A DNA stretch of 55,229 bases, from contig DATKPC010000103.1 of NCBI GenBank assembly GCA_035524275.1, positions 1 through 55,229 on the forward strand. The letters are read 5' to 3'. This document shows positions 33,398-41,039 of this stretch, piece after piece. The stretch comes from Burkholderiaceae bacterium. Its GTDB lineage: Bacteria; Pseudomonadota; Gammaproteobacteria; Burkholderiales; Burkholderiaceae_F. Below the pieces are notes generated by a model that worked only from the letters and a program-made list of their open reading frames with translations, did not search any database and was not told where the DNA came from. The position numbers and the translations under genes were made by a program. Numbering within the stretch: the stretch's first letter is position 1; each line of letters starts with the position of its first letter.

Positions 33398-35394
33398 GAT
33401 CGGATCACCATCAGCATCGCGAGCAGCGTCAGGAAGCTGTAGAGCAGGTAGACCGAGATGCGGCCCTGCTGCAGCGCGGAGAACCGGCGGGCGATGCGCT
33501 CGACCACGGCGGCGATCGGCAGGTACAACGCGTGCCAGGCATGGTCCTCGATCGTCACGCGATAGCGCGGCTGCGCGTCGAACGGCGTCGGCAGGACGCG
33601 CTCGAGGCGGAAGAACGGCTCGAAGATCTGCCGGATCGGCTGCCCGAAGCCCTCGGCGGTGTCCTGCATGCGCGCGCCGAGCGCCCCGAAGCCGCAGTCC
33701 CACGGCGCGCTGCGCCGCAGCTTTTCGTGGAAGGCCCGGCGCACGACGAGCCAGGCCGCCGCGCAGCCGCCGCCGACGACGACGAGAAAGACGAGCGGCC
33801 CGTAGCTGGCGCGCGCAACCGAGGTGGGCACGAGCAGCAGCCAGCCGTGCGCGCGTGCCGCCTCGCCGATGCCGGATCCGACGAGCACGCGGGTCACCGG
33901 GTCGATCGCCGCGATCAGCGGGACCGGGAAGAGGCCCACCGCGAGCCCGCAGGCGACGAGCCAGGCGAGACCGGCGCGTTCCCACGGCCGGGCGTCGCGA
34001 GCCTGTGCCAGTGCCGGCTCGCGCGGCTGGCCGAGGAAGACGACGCCGAAGAACTTCACCATCACGTAGCCGGCCAGCGCCGAGACGAGCGCCACCGCGG
34101 CGGCCCCGACGGGCACGAGCATGCTCAGGTACGCCGGTGGCAGCTGCGGGCTGAAGAGGAAACCCTGCAGCAGCAGCCACTCGGAGACGAAGCCGCCGAG
34201 CGGCGGCAGGCCGGCGCTCGCCAGCGCGCCGAACAGCATCGTCCAGGCGACCCACGGCATCGGCCGCACGAGCCCGCCGAGCCGGCCGAGGTTGCGCTCG
34301 CCGGTCGCATGCAGCACCGAGCCGGTGCCGAGGAACAGCAGGCTCTTGAACAGCGCATGGCTGGCGACGTGGTAGAGCGCGGCCGTGAGCGCGAGCGCGG
34401 CCGGGACGACCATGCCATGGGCCTTGAAGAGGATCGCGAGCCCGATGCCGGCGAGCAGCAGGCCGATGTTCTCGATCGAGGAATAGGCGAGCAGCCGCTT
34501 CATGTCGGTCTGCACCGCGCTGAACAGCACGCCGAAGATCGCCGTCAGGAGCCCGAGCGCGAGCAGCAGCGCGCCCCACCACCAGGGCTGCATCGGGAGC
34601 ACGTCGAACGTGATTCGCAGCAGCCCGTAGATCGCCGTCTTCAGCATCACGGCGCTCATCAGCGCCGAGACCGGCGACGGCGCCGCCGGGTGCGCTTCGG
34701 GCAGCCAGACGTGCAGCGGCACGGCGCCGGCCTTCGCGCCGAAGCCGGCGAGCGCGAGCAGGAACGCGGCGCCCGCCCAGGCCGGCGCGAGCTGCTGCGC
34801 CCGCAGGTTGGCGAACGTGTAGTCGCCGGTGTTGGCCTGCAGGACACCGAAGCACAGCAGCAGCGCGATCGCGCCGACGTGCGCCATCAGCAGGTAAAGG
34901 AAGCCGGCGCGCCGGATCTCGGCGATCCGGTGGTTCGCGATGACGAGGAAGTAGGACGAAAGCGCCATGGCCTCCCACAGCACCATGAACGCGAAGGCGT
35001 CGTCGGCGACGAGCAGCAGCGCCATGCTGGCGAGGAACGCGTGGTATTCGAGGCACAGCAGGCCCGGCGGCGTGCCTTCGCCGTGGCGGAAGTAGCCGGC
35101 CGCGAACGCCGAAATGCCCACCGTGGTTACGCCGAGCACGGCGAGGAAGAACGCCGAAAGGCTGTCGAGCCGCAGGTGGAACGGCAGCTGCGGCAGCCCG
35201 ATCGGCAGCACCGCGACCTCCGGCGTCGCGAAGATCGCCGACCCGGCGACGACGGCCAGCGCGAGGCCGCCCGCGGCGCCGAGCGGGAAGAGGACCTGCG
35301 CGACGATGCGGAAGCGGCGCAGCCACGCCAGCCCGAGGAACCCGATCACCAGCCATGCGGCGGCGATCGCGAGGATCCAGTCGAGGTGGAGCAC
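33388..35394 (-). CDS. NuoL-like antiporter-type membrane subunit (HyfB/HycC-like), 668 aa, GTG start.
   Basis: About 16-17 TM helices with conserved NuoL/HyfB core (…WLPEAHPAAPSPVSALMSAVMLK…). It is the first structural gene of the operon. Confidence 0.85.
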   Translation of the reverse strand: MLHLDWILAIAAAWLVIGFLGLAWLRRFRIVAQVLFPLGAAGGLALAVVAGSAIFATPEVAVLPIGLPQLPFHLRLDSLSAFFLAVLGVTTVGISAFAAGYFRHGEGTPPGLLCLEYHAFLASMALLLVADDAFAFMVLWEAMALSSYFLVIANHRIAEIRRAGFLYLLMAHVGAIALLLCFGVLQANTGDYTFANLRAQQLAPAWAGAAFLLALAGFGAKAGAVPLHVWLPEAHPAAPSPVSALMSAVMLKTAIYGLLRITFDVLPMQPWWWGALLLALGLLTAIFGVLFSAVQTDMKRLLAYSSIENIGLLLAGIGLAILFKAHGMVVPAALALTAALYHVASHALFKSLLFLGTGSVLHATGERNLGRLGGLVRPMPWVAWTMLFGALASAGLPPLGGFVSEWLLLQGFLFSPQLPPAYLSMLVPVGAAAVALVSALAGYVMVKFFGVVFLGQPREPALAQARDARPWERAGLAWLVACGLAVGLFPVPLIAAIDPVTRVLVGSGIGEAARAHGWLLLVPTSVARASYGPLVFLVVVGGGCAAAWLVVRRAFHEKLRRSAPWDCGFGALGARMQDTAEGFGQPIRQIFEPFFRLERVLPTPFDAQPRYRVTIEDHAWHALYLPIAAVVERIARRFSALQQGRISVYLLYSFLTLLAMLMVIRSWD

Positions 35395-35421
35395 GGCCGA
35401 CGCCTGCGGGAAGCCGGCGCC

Positions 35422-35622
35422 TCAGCGCGGGCGCGCGCCGCGCGCCGCGCTCGCGAGCCACGCCGGCAGCTTGCGGCCGTCGGCGTGGGCCACGATGTAT
35501 TCGCGGATCAGCTGGCGCACGACCTGCGACGGCGTGAGGTCCTGCGCGGCGCAGATCTCCTCGAAGAGCTGCTTCTTCCGCGGATCGATGAGGAGTGTCA
35601 GCCGGGCGGTCTTGTTTTCCAT
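35422..35622 (-). CDS. Small ribbon-helix-helix (CopG/Arc/MetJ-like) DNA-binding protein, 66 aa.
   Basis: MENKTARLTLLIDPRKKQLFEEICAAQDLTPSQVVRQLIREYI has a beta-strand/helix/helix pattern typical of RHH regulators. It is encoded immediately upstream of, and co-directional with, the hydrogenase-like operon. The track ORF is 28 codons longer. Confidence 0.55.
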   Translation of the reverse strand: MENKTARLTLLIDPRKKQLFEEICAAQDLTPSQVVRQLIREYIVAHADGRKLPAWLASAARGARPR

Positions 35623-35632
35623 CGGAGGTCTT

Positions 35633-35680
35633 CGGGCGGTCGGGCGGTCGGGAAAGCGTCGGGCGGTCGGGAAAGCGTGT
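35633..35680. promoter_or_regulatory. Tandem direct repeats (GTCGGGCGGTCGGGAAAGC ×2 plus a partial third) in the divergent promoter region between the RHH gene and the arginase gene.
   Basis: Seen directly: …ttcgggcggtcgggcggtcgggaaagcgtcgggcggtcgggaaagcgtg… It is a candidate operator array for the RHH protein (inference). Confidence 0.4.
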
Positions 35681-35781
35681 GCACCGCATGGTAATGATAT
35701 TTTCATTCAAGGCAAATAGGATGCGACTACCTGGCGCCGCGCCCCTGGCCGGCCGCGGGCGTTCCGGGTTACATTGCGCCG

Positions 35782-36702
35782 ATGAAACGTCCCGTGAGCC
35801 TGATCGGGGCGCCGACCGACATCGGCGCCGGCGTGCGCGGCGCGTCGATGGGCCCCGAGGCGCTGCGGGTCGCGAGCATCGGGCCGCTGCTGGAGGCCCT
35901 GGGCCTCGACGTCGTCGATCGCGGCAATCTCTCCGGCCCGACGAATCCCTGGCTTCCCGCGGTCGATGGCTACCGCCACCTGCCGCAGGTCGCCGAGTGG
36001 GCGCTCGCGGTCCACGACGCCGTGCTTGCCGAGCTGCGGCTCGGCCGGCTGCCGCTGCTCCTCGGCGGCGACCACTGCCTCGGGATCGGATCGATCGCCG
36101 CGGTGGCGCGGCATTGCCGCGACGCCGGGCGCAAGCTGCGCGTGCTATGGCTCGACGCGCACGCCGACTTCAATACGAGCCAGCTCACGCCGAGCGGCAA
36201 TATCCATGGCATGCCGGTGGCGATCCTCTGCGGGCACGGGCCGCGGCCGCTCGTCGAGCTCGGCGGCACGGTGCCGGCGCTGCATCCGTCGTGGGTCCGG
36301 CAGATCGGGATCCGCAGCGTCGATCCCGGCGAGAAGCACTTCGTCCACGAAGTCGACCTCGAGGTGTTCGACATGCGCTTCATCGACGAGATGGGCATGC
36401 GACACGCGATGGAACTCGCGCTGGCGACGATGGACCACGGAACGCACCTTCACGTGAGCTTCGACGTCGACTTCCTCGATCCGGACGTCGCGCCCGGGGT
36501 CGGCACCACGGTTCGCGGCGGGCCGACCTACCGCGAGGCGCAACTGTGCATGGAGATGATCGCCGACACCGGGCTCCTCGGGTCGCTCGACGTCGTCGAG
36601 CTCAACCCGGCGCTCGACCTGCGGAACCGCACCGCCGAAGTGGCGGTCGATCTCGTGCAGAGCCTGTTCGGGAAGTCGACGCTGCTGAGGAAGCGCAGGT
36701 AG
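35782..36702 (+). CDS. rocF: Arginase (ureohydrolase family), 306 aa.
   Basis: GGDHCLGIGSIAAVA…DAHADFNT…SFDVDFLDP Mn-binding motifs. Closest to arginase rather than agmatinase by overall pattern. Confidence 0.85.
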   Translation: MKRPVSLIGAPTDIGAGVRGASMGPEALRVASIGPLLEALGLDVVDRGNLSGPTNPWLPAVDGYRHLPQVAEWALAVHDAVLAELRLGRLPLLLGGDHCLGIGSIAAVARHCRDAGRKLRVLWLDAHADFNTSQLTPSGNIHGMPVAILCGHGPRPLVELGGTVPALHPSWVRQIGIRSVDPGEKHFVHEVDLEVFDMRFIDEMGMRHAMELALATMDHGTHLHVSFDVDFLDPDVAPGVGTTVRGGPTYREAQLCMEMIADTGLLGSLDVVELNPALDLRNRTAEVAVDLVQSLFGKSTLLRKRR

Positions 36703-36736
36703 GGGGTCGCGGCGCATGGGCGACCTGCGGCGACCG

Positions 36737-36869
36737 CCCTCTCCCCCCACCCCTCTCCCGCGTCGCGGGCGAGGGGAGTTCGGCCGTCGAGAATTGAAAC
36801 GTCGTCCCAATGGCGGACGACGAGACTCCCCTCGCCCGCGAAGCGGGAGAGGGGTGGGGGGAGAGGGCC
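36737..36869. repeat. REP/MITE-like palindromic element, copy 1: two ~43-bp inverted arms (CCCTCTCCCCCCACCCCTCTCCCGCGTCGCGGGCGAGGGGAG / reverse complement) flanking a ~46-bp spacer.
   Basis: Arms are near-perfect reverse complements of each other. The element lies between convergent genes (arginase / DUF3014). A second copy is at 41622..41756. Confidence 0.7.
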
Positions 36870-36890
36870 CGACACGCCCCCGCGCCACCG

Positions 36891-37742
36891 CTAGCCCGCC
36901 GGCTTCTCCTTCGCCACGGCGCCGCGGATCTCGCGCAGTTTCTGCTTGACCATCGCTTCGTTGGCGCCGCCGATCCGCATCATGATCTTCTGTCCGGCGG
37001 AGCGCGCCTCGAGCTGCGGGTCGGCGTACTCGAACATCGCGTGCGGCGCGACGAGCGCGACGGGCGGCACGACGTCGGGCGCCGCGAGCAGGTCGTCGAG
37101 CACTTCGACGAGCCTGTCGTTGAAGTACCCGTGCGGATAGCCGAGGTCGCGATACGCCTGCTGAAACAGCGGATAGAAGCGGATGTAGGCCGCGACGAGC
37201 TTGCCGGTATCCAGTGTCGATGCGATCTTCGCGTAGGTCGCGTACCGCGCGGCGTTTTCCGCGCCGACATACGTCGCGTCGCCGTTCTGCGCGACGACGA
37301 AGCGGCCGCCGACGGGTCGAACGGGCCAGGTGTCGACGACGGCGCGTGCCCGCGGCAGGTTGTCGAGCGTCGCGACGATCCGGTGGATCACCTGGTCCGG
37401 CTTCAGGAAGCCGTGCAGCGCGTGCGCACCGAAGACGCCGCCGAGCGCCTCCGCGATCGCCGCATCGCTCTGGTCGAGGCCCGGCAGCGCCGCGGCGGCC
37501 GGGGGCACTTCGATCGGATGCTGGATCGGCGCCTCGGCCGGCGCGGCGGCGGGCGGCGGCGCCTCCGCGGCCGGCGCCGCTGGCGGTGCCGGTGGCGCGA
37601 CCGCCACCGGCGCCGGGGCCGGCTGCCGCTGCAGCCAGTAGTACCAGCCACCGAGCCCGCCGGCGGCAGCAATGATCAGGACCCACCAGACGGCCGGCTT
37701 CTCGATCAGGCGTTCCATGCGCTGCTCCTCCATCCTCGTCAT
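36891..37742 (-). CDS. DUF3014-like protein with an N-terminal TM anchor and a Pro/Ala-rich linker, 283 aa.
   Basis: N-terminal hydrophobic helix (PAVWWVLIIAAAGGLGGWYYW), a PA-rich low-complexity stretch, then a conserved C-terminal domain. The start could be any of three in-frame Met (37742, 37733, 37718). Confidence 0.55.
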   Translation of the reverse strand: MTRMEEQRMERLIEKPAVWWVLIIAAAGGLGGWYYWLQRQPAPAPVAVAPPAPPAAPAAEAPPPAAAPAEAPIQHPIEVPPAAAALPGLDQSDAAIAEALGGVFGAHALHGFLKPDQVIHRIVATLDNLPRARAVVDTWPVRPVGGRFVVAQNGDATYVGAENAARYATYAKIASTLDTGKLVAAYIRFYPLFQQAYRDLGYPHGYFNDRLVEVLDDLLAAPDVVPPVALVAPHAMFEYADPQLEARSAGQKIMMRIGGANEAMVKQKLREIRGAVAKEKPAG

Positions 37743-37775
37743 TCCCGGCCGCGCGCGACGTCGCCGCGACCGCCC

Positions 37776-38651
37776 TTATCGCCGATGCGCGACGGCGGTC
37801 CGGATCGCGGCCACGGTCTCGCTCACGATCCGGTCCGCGCCGACGCGGCCGAGTTCCGCGCTCGCGCGGCTCGGATCACCATAGACCCCGTCGGCGCGCC
37901 CGGGTTTCGGCGTCCGCTGCAGCATGTCGCTGCGCACCGAGCCGGGGTCGACCGCCAGTTGCAGCGACGTGTCGGCGAGGCCGGCGTGTGTCCCGATCTC
38001 GGCGCTGCCGTAGCCCTGCGAACGCAGCCAGTCGGCGAACGCCGCGTCGCTCGCCCGGTAGTACGCGGCAGGCGCATGCGCGAACGCGGCGCGCGGACCC
38101 GGCGACGCGCGCCAGGCGCGATTGAGGCGCTCGGCGACGCGCTCGAGGTCGGCCTGGTAGCCGCCGTGGTCGCCGAGGAACACGACGTCGAGGAATCCGG
38201 CCGACTTCAGGCTGCGGCCCGCCGCCTCGAGCGTGCGCTCGAACACGTCGTCCGGAACGCTCAGTGTCCCCGGGAAGCGCATGTGGGCTGCGGGCGGTTC
38301 GATCGAGCCCTCCGGAACGTACGCGATCACCGGGGCGACGATCGCATTGCCGAGGTCGCGCGCGATGCGCTCCGAGAGAACCTTGACGCGCGCATTGTGC
38401 TTGCCGAGCGCTATCGCCGGCCCGCTCTGCTCGGTGCCGCCGACCGGCACGATGGCCGTCGTCGCGCCGGCGGCGATTCGTGCGCGCAGCTCGGTCCAGG
38501 TCAGGTCCTCCAGCAGCACGCTGGCGCCCGGCAGAGGCGCTGCCGGATCGGCCGTGCGCGTCGCCGAACCCGCGCCGAATGTCGCGCACGCCCCGCCGAT
38601 CGCAAGCGCGGCCGCCGCGAGGCCTGCGGCCGCGCCACGTCGAATTCGCAT
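37776..38651 (-). CDS. Creatininase-family (creatinine amidohydrolase-like) protein with a signal peptide, ~291 aa.
   Basis: Signal peptide MRIRRGAAAGLAAAALAIGGACA, then a creatininase-fold signature (…PVGGTEQSGPAIALGKHN…GDHGGY…). The track ORF includes a 34-codon Arg-rich leader that is probably untranslated. Confidence 0.65.
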   Translation of the reverse strand: MRIRRGAAAGLAAAALAIGGACATFGAGSATRTADPAAPLPGASVLLEDLTWTELRARIAAGATTAIVPVGGTEQSGPAIALGKHNARVKVLSERIARDLGNAIVAPVIAYVPEGSIEPPAAHMRFPGTLSVPDDVFERTLEAAGRSLKSAGFLDVVFLGDHGGYQADLERVAERLNRAWRASPGPRAAFAHAPAAYYRASDAAFADWLRSQGYGSAEIGTHAGLADTSLQLAVDPGSVRSDMLQRTPKPGRADGVYGDPSRASAELGRVGADRIVSETVAAIRTAVAHRR

Positions 38652-38851
38652 GCGACCGATTCTACCGGCGGGTCCGCGCGGCCTCGCCGGCGCCGCGGGC
38701 GGGGCGAGACCCGCTCCGCGGTCCGCCGCGCGTCGTCGACCCGGCGCCGTCAACCGGCTCGGGCCCCCTGCGTTAAAGTTAGCACTGCTTGGGGGACGTC
38801 AAAGGCAGACGAACCGAGGCACCAACTCGACTAACTCCAGAGAGAGAGACG

Positions 38852-39343
38852 ATGAAACCGATTACCAAGTCATGGGTCCTGGCTGCCGCGGGCCTGCTGT
38901 TTGCCGCTGCGAGCCACGCCGCGACCGCGACCGCGCCTACGGACGCGCCGGCGGGAACCACGGCATTATGCAAAGACGGTACCTACTTCTCGGGCGAAAC
39001 GAAGAAGGGCGCTTGCTCGGGCCATAAGGGCATCAAGGACTGGTACGGCGCGACGAAGGCCGCCACGGCGGCGCCGGCTGCCGCCGCGGCAGCCCCGGCT
39101 GCGGCTGCAGCGCCGGCCGCGGCTGCTGCGCCCGCCGCCACGAAGACGTCGACGAAGACCGCGATGCCGGCCCAGGCCGCTCCGGGCGGCGGACCGGGCC
39201 TCGTGTGGGTCAACACGAGCACGAAGGTCTACCACTGCAACGGCGACAAGTGGTATGGCAAGACGAAGGCCGGCGAGTACATGTCCGAGGGCGATGCGAA
39301 GGGCAAGGGCTTCCACGCCGCCGCCGGCAAGGCCTGCAGCTGA
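38852..39343 (+). CDS. Secreted DUF3761-like small protein with a poly-Ala/Pro linker, 163 aa.
   Basis: Signal peptide MKPITKSWVLAAAGLLFAAASHA. CKDGTYFSGETKKGACSGHKGIKDWYG matches the DUF3761 C-x-DGTYS-x-GACS-HGG pattern. A second Cys-pair module (VYHCNGDKWYG…GKAC) follows an AAPAAAAA repeat linker. Confidence 0.65.
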   Translation: MKPITKSWVLAAAGLLFAAASHAATATAPTDAPAGTTALCKDGTYFSGETKKGACSGHKGIKDWYGATKAATAAPAAAAAAPAAAAAPAAAAAPAATKTSTKTAMPAQAAPGGGPGLVWVNTSTKVYHCNGDKWYGKTKAGEYMSEGDAKGKGFHAAAGKACS

Positions 39344-39381
39344 TCGTTCGCTGATGTCCGGCGCGCCCAGGGCGCGCTGGA

Positions 39382-39422
39382 GCCCCGCCGCGCTTCCGGC
39401 CGGCGGGGCTTTTCCTTTTTTG
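39382..39422 (+). terminator. Rho-independent terminator: GC-rich hairpin (GCCCCGCCG…CGGCGGGGC) followed by TTTTCCTTTTTT.
   Basis: Seen directly 40 nt downstream of the DUF3761 gene stop. It is preceded by a second palindrome, GGCGCGCCCAGGGCGCGC (39360..39378). Confidence 0.75.
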
Positions 39423-39551
39423 GCGGCTTAAGGGCGCCTTTTCCCGTCGATTGCCCGCGCCTTGCCGGCGTATCGTCACCTCGAATCTCCCCCAGGCGGG
39501 GGCCGAGCGTTTCCCGACGCCCGCGACGTGCTCGTATCCGGACGCCCCCCG

Positions 39552-40934
39552 ATGGGAACCCTCCAGCTGTTGCGCTTCGCCCGCAAGACATCCCCGGCGC
39601 AAGACTCACCGGCGCCCGCGGGCGATCGCGCGGCGCAGGCGCCCAGGAGCCCGATCGCGATCGAACCGATCATGCGCGACCTCGCGTTGCAGGCGACCGG
39701 GCTTGCGCGCGAGGCCGCGGAGATTCGCGGCTCGGTCGAGGATGTGGCGGCCGTCGCGCGCGCCGAGGTCGACGCGTTCGAGCGGCTCGGCGGCGAGATC
39801 GGGGAGATGATCGATGCCAACGCGGCGATCGCCGCGTCGGTGGCCGCCAGCAAGCTGTCGGCGCAGGCCGCGCACGCGGCCGTCGAGCGCGTCGCCGCCG
39901 ACGTCACCGGGGCGCTGGACTCGCTGCGCGCGGTGGCGGAGGTCGCCGACGAGATCACCCGGATCGCGCTGCAGACGCGGCTTGTCGCGTTCAACGCGGC
40001 CGTCGAGGCCAAGCATGCGGGCGAGGCCGGGCGCGGATTTGCCGTCGTGGCCGAGGCCGTCAAGGACCTTTCGCAGAAGGTCGAGGCGTCGTCGAAGACG
40101 ATCGGGCGCACGGTGCTTCAGCTGGACCAGCGTATCGGCGAACTGGCGCGCAACATCCGCGAGAGCGGCGTGCTGGGCGACGGGCAGCCGACGTTCCACC
40201 GGGCCTTCGGTGATGTCGTCGACGCGACGGCCGCGATCGGCGCGGCGACCGAGCGCAACCAGGAAAAATGCGGAGCGACGCGGGCGTCGCTCGACGACCT
40301 GCAGCGGCAGGTCGATGGCACCCGGCGCGCGCTCGAGGATGCGCGCAACCGCACCGAGTCCTTCCTCAGCGCGAGCGAGTTCCTGATCCAGATGTCGGCC
40401 GACTGCGGTGCCAGCACGGCCGACTCGCCCTTCATCGACAAGGTCGTGGCCGCCGCGGCGGAGGTCTCGCAGCTTTTCGAGCGCGCGGTCGCGGACGGCG
40501 CGATCTCGCTCGAGGACCTTTTCGACACCGATTACCGGCCGGTTTCCGGAACGCAGCCGCAGCAGCACATGACGAAGTTCGTCGCGCTGACGGATCGCGT
40601 GCTGCCGCCGATCCAGGAAGCGATGCTGTCGTTTTCCGACAAGGTCGTGTTCTGCGCAGCGGTCGATCGGAACGGCTACCTGCCGACCCACAACCGCAAG
40701 TTTTCGAAGACCCCAGGCGCCGACCCGGTGTGGAACGCGGCGAACTGCCGCAATCGCCGGATTTTCAACGACCGAACCGGGCTCGCGGCCGGGCAGAACC
40801 AGCACCGCTTCCTGCTGCAAACCTACCGCCGCGACATGGGCGGTGGCACCTACAAGCTGATGAAGGACATCTCGGCGCCGATCCAGGTCCAGGGTCGGCA
40901 CTGGGGTGGCCTGCGCATCGGCTACGCGTACTAG
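39552..40934 (+). CDS. Soluble (no TM) methyl-accepting chemotaxis protein-like transducer with a C-terminal ~200-aa uncharacterised sensory domain, ~460 aa.
   Basis: Canonical MCP signalling hairpin (EITRIALQTRLVAFNAAVEAKHAGEAGRGFAVVAEAVKDLSQK). No hydrophobic segments. The C-terminal domain (…DRNGYLPTHNRKF…LQTYRRDMGGGTYKLMKDISAPIQVQGRHWGGLRIGY) follows the signalling domain. The alternative start is Met at 39672. Confidence 0.75.
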   Translation: MGTLQLLRFARKTSPAQDSPAPAGDRAAQAPRSPIAIEPIMRDLALQATGLAREAAEIRGSVEDVAAVARAEVDAFERLGGEIGEMIDANAAIAASVAASKLSAQAAHAAVERVAADVTGALDSLRAVAEVADEITRIALQTRLVAFNAAVEAKHAGEAGRGFAVVAEAVKDLSQKVEASSKTIGRTVLQLDQRIGELARNIRESGVLGDGQPTFHRAFGDVVDATAAIGAATERNQEKCGATRASLDDLQRQVDGTRRALEDARNRTESFLSASEFLIQMSADCGASTADSPFIDKVVAAAAEVSQLFERAVADGAISLEDLFDTDYRPVSGTQPQQHMTKFVALTDRVLPPIQEAMLSFSDKVVFCAAVDRNGYLPTHNRKFSKTPGADPVWNAANCRNRRIFNDRTGLAAGQNQHRFLLQTYRRDMGGGTYKLMKDISAPIQVQGRHWGGLRIGYAY

Positions 40935-41039
40935 CCCGCGTTCGCACGGACCGCGCCACCCGGCGAGCGTCGCTCGCCGTGATCCGCTCGGCTTACGGCT
41001 AATCCCTCCGCCAGGGGGTAGGGTATTACCCCACTTTAC

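Noticed and set aside
32444-35710. 1088-aa continuous minus-strand ORF suggesting one giant protein.
   Set aside because: Only the C-terminal 317 aa (NuoH-like) are coding in this frame. The N-terminal ~770 codons are an Arg-rich frame running through the NuoL-like gene, which is encoded in another frame (33388..35394).
36528-36949. Short ORFs on both strands encoding …PLPPPLSRFAGEGS… / …PTPLPRRGRGEFGRREL…, with look-alikes at 41565..41789 and 41678..41875.
   Set aside because: They are translations of the REP-like palindromic arms. Similar peptides arise on both strands and in both copies, which is characteristic of repeats rather than genes.
39060-39145. Repetitive GCNGCNGCN DNA (candidate tandem repeat / VNTR).
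   Set aside because: It is the coding sequence of the Ala/Pro-rich linker of the DUF3761 protein ([24 protein letters not shown]). It is in-frame low-complexity coding sequence, not a non-coding repeat. Similar AP-rich linkers occur in amtB, coxG and DUF3014.
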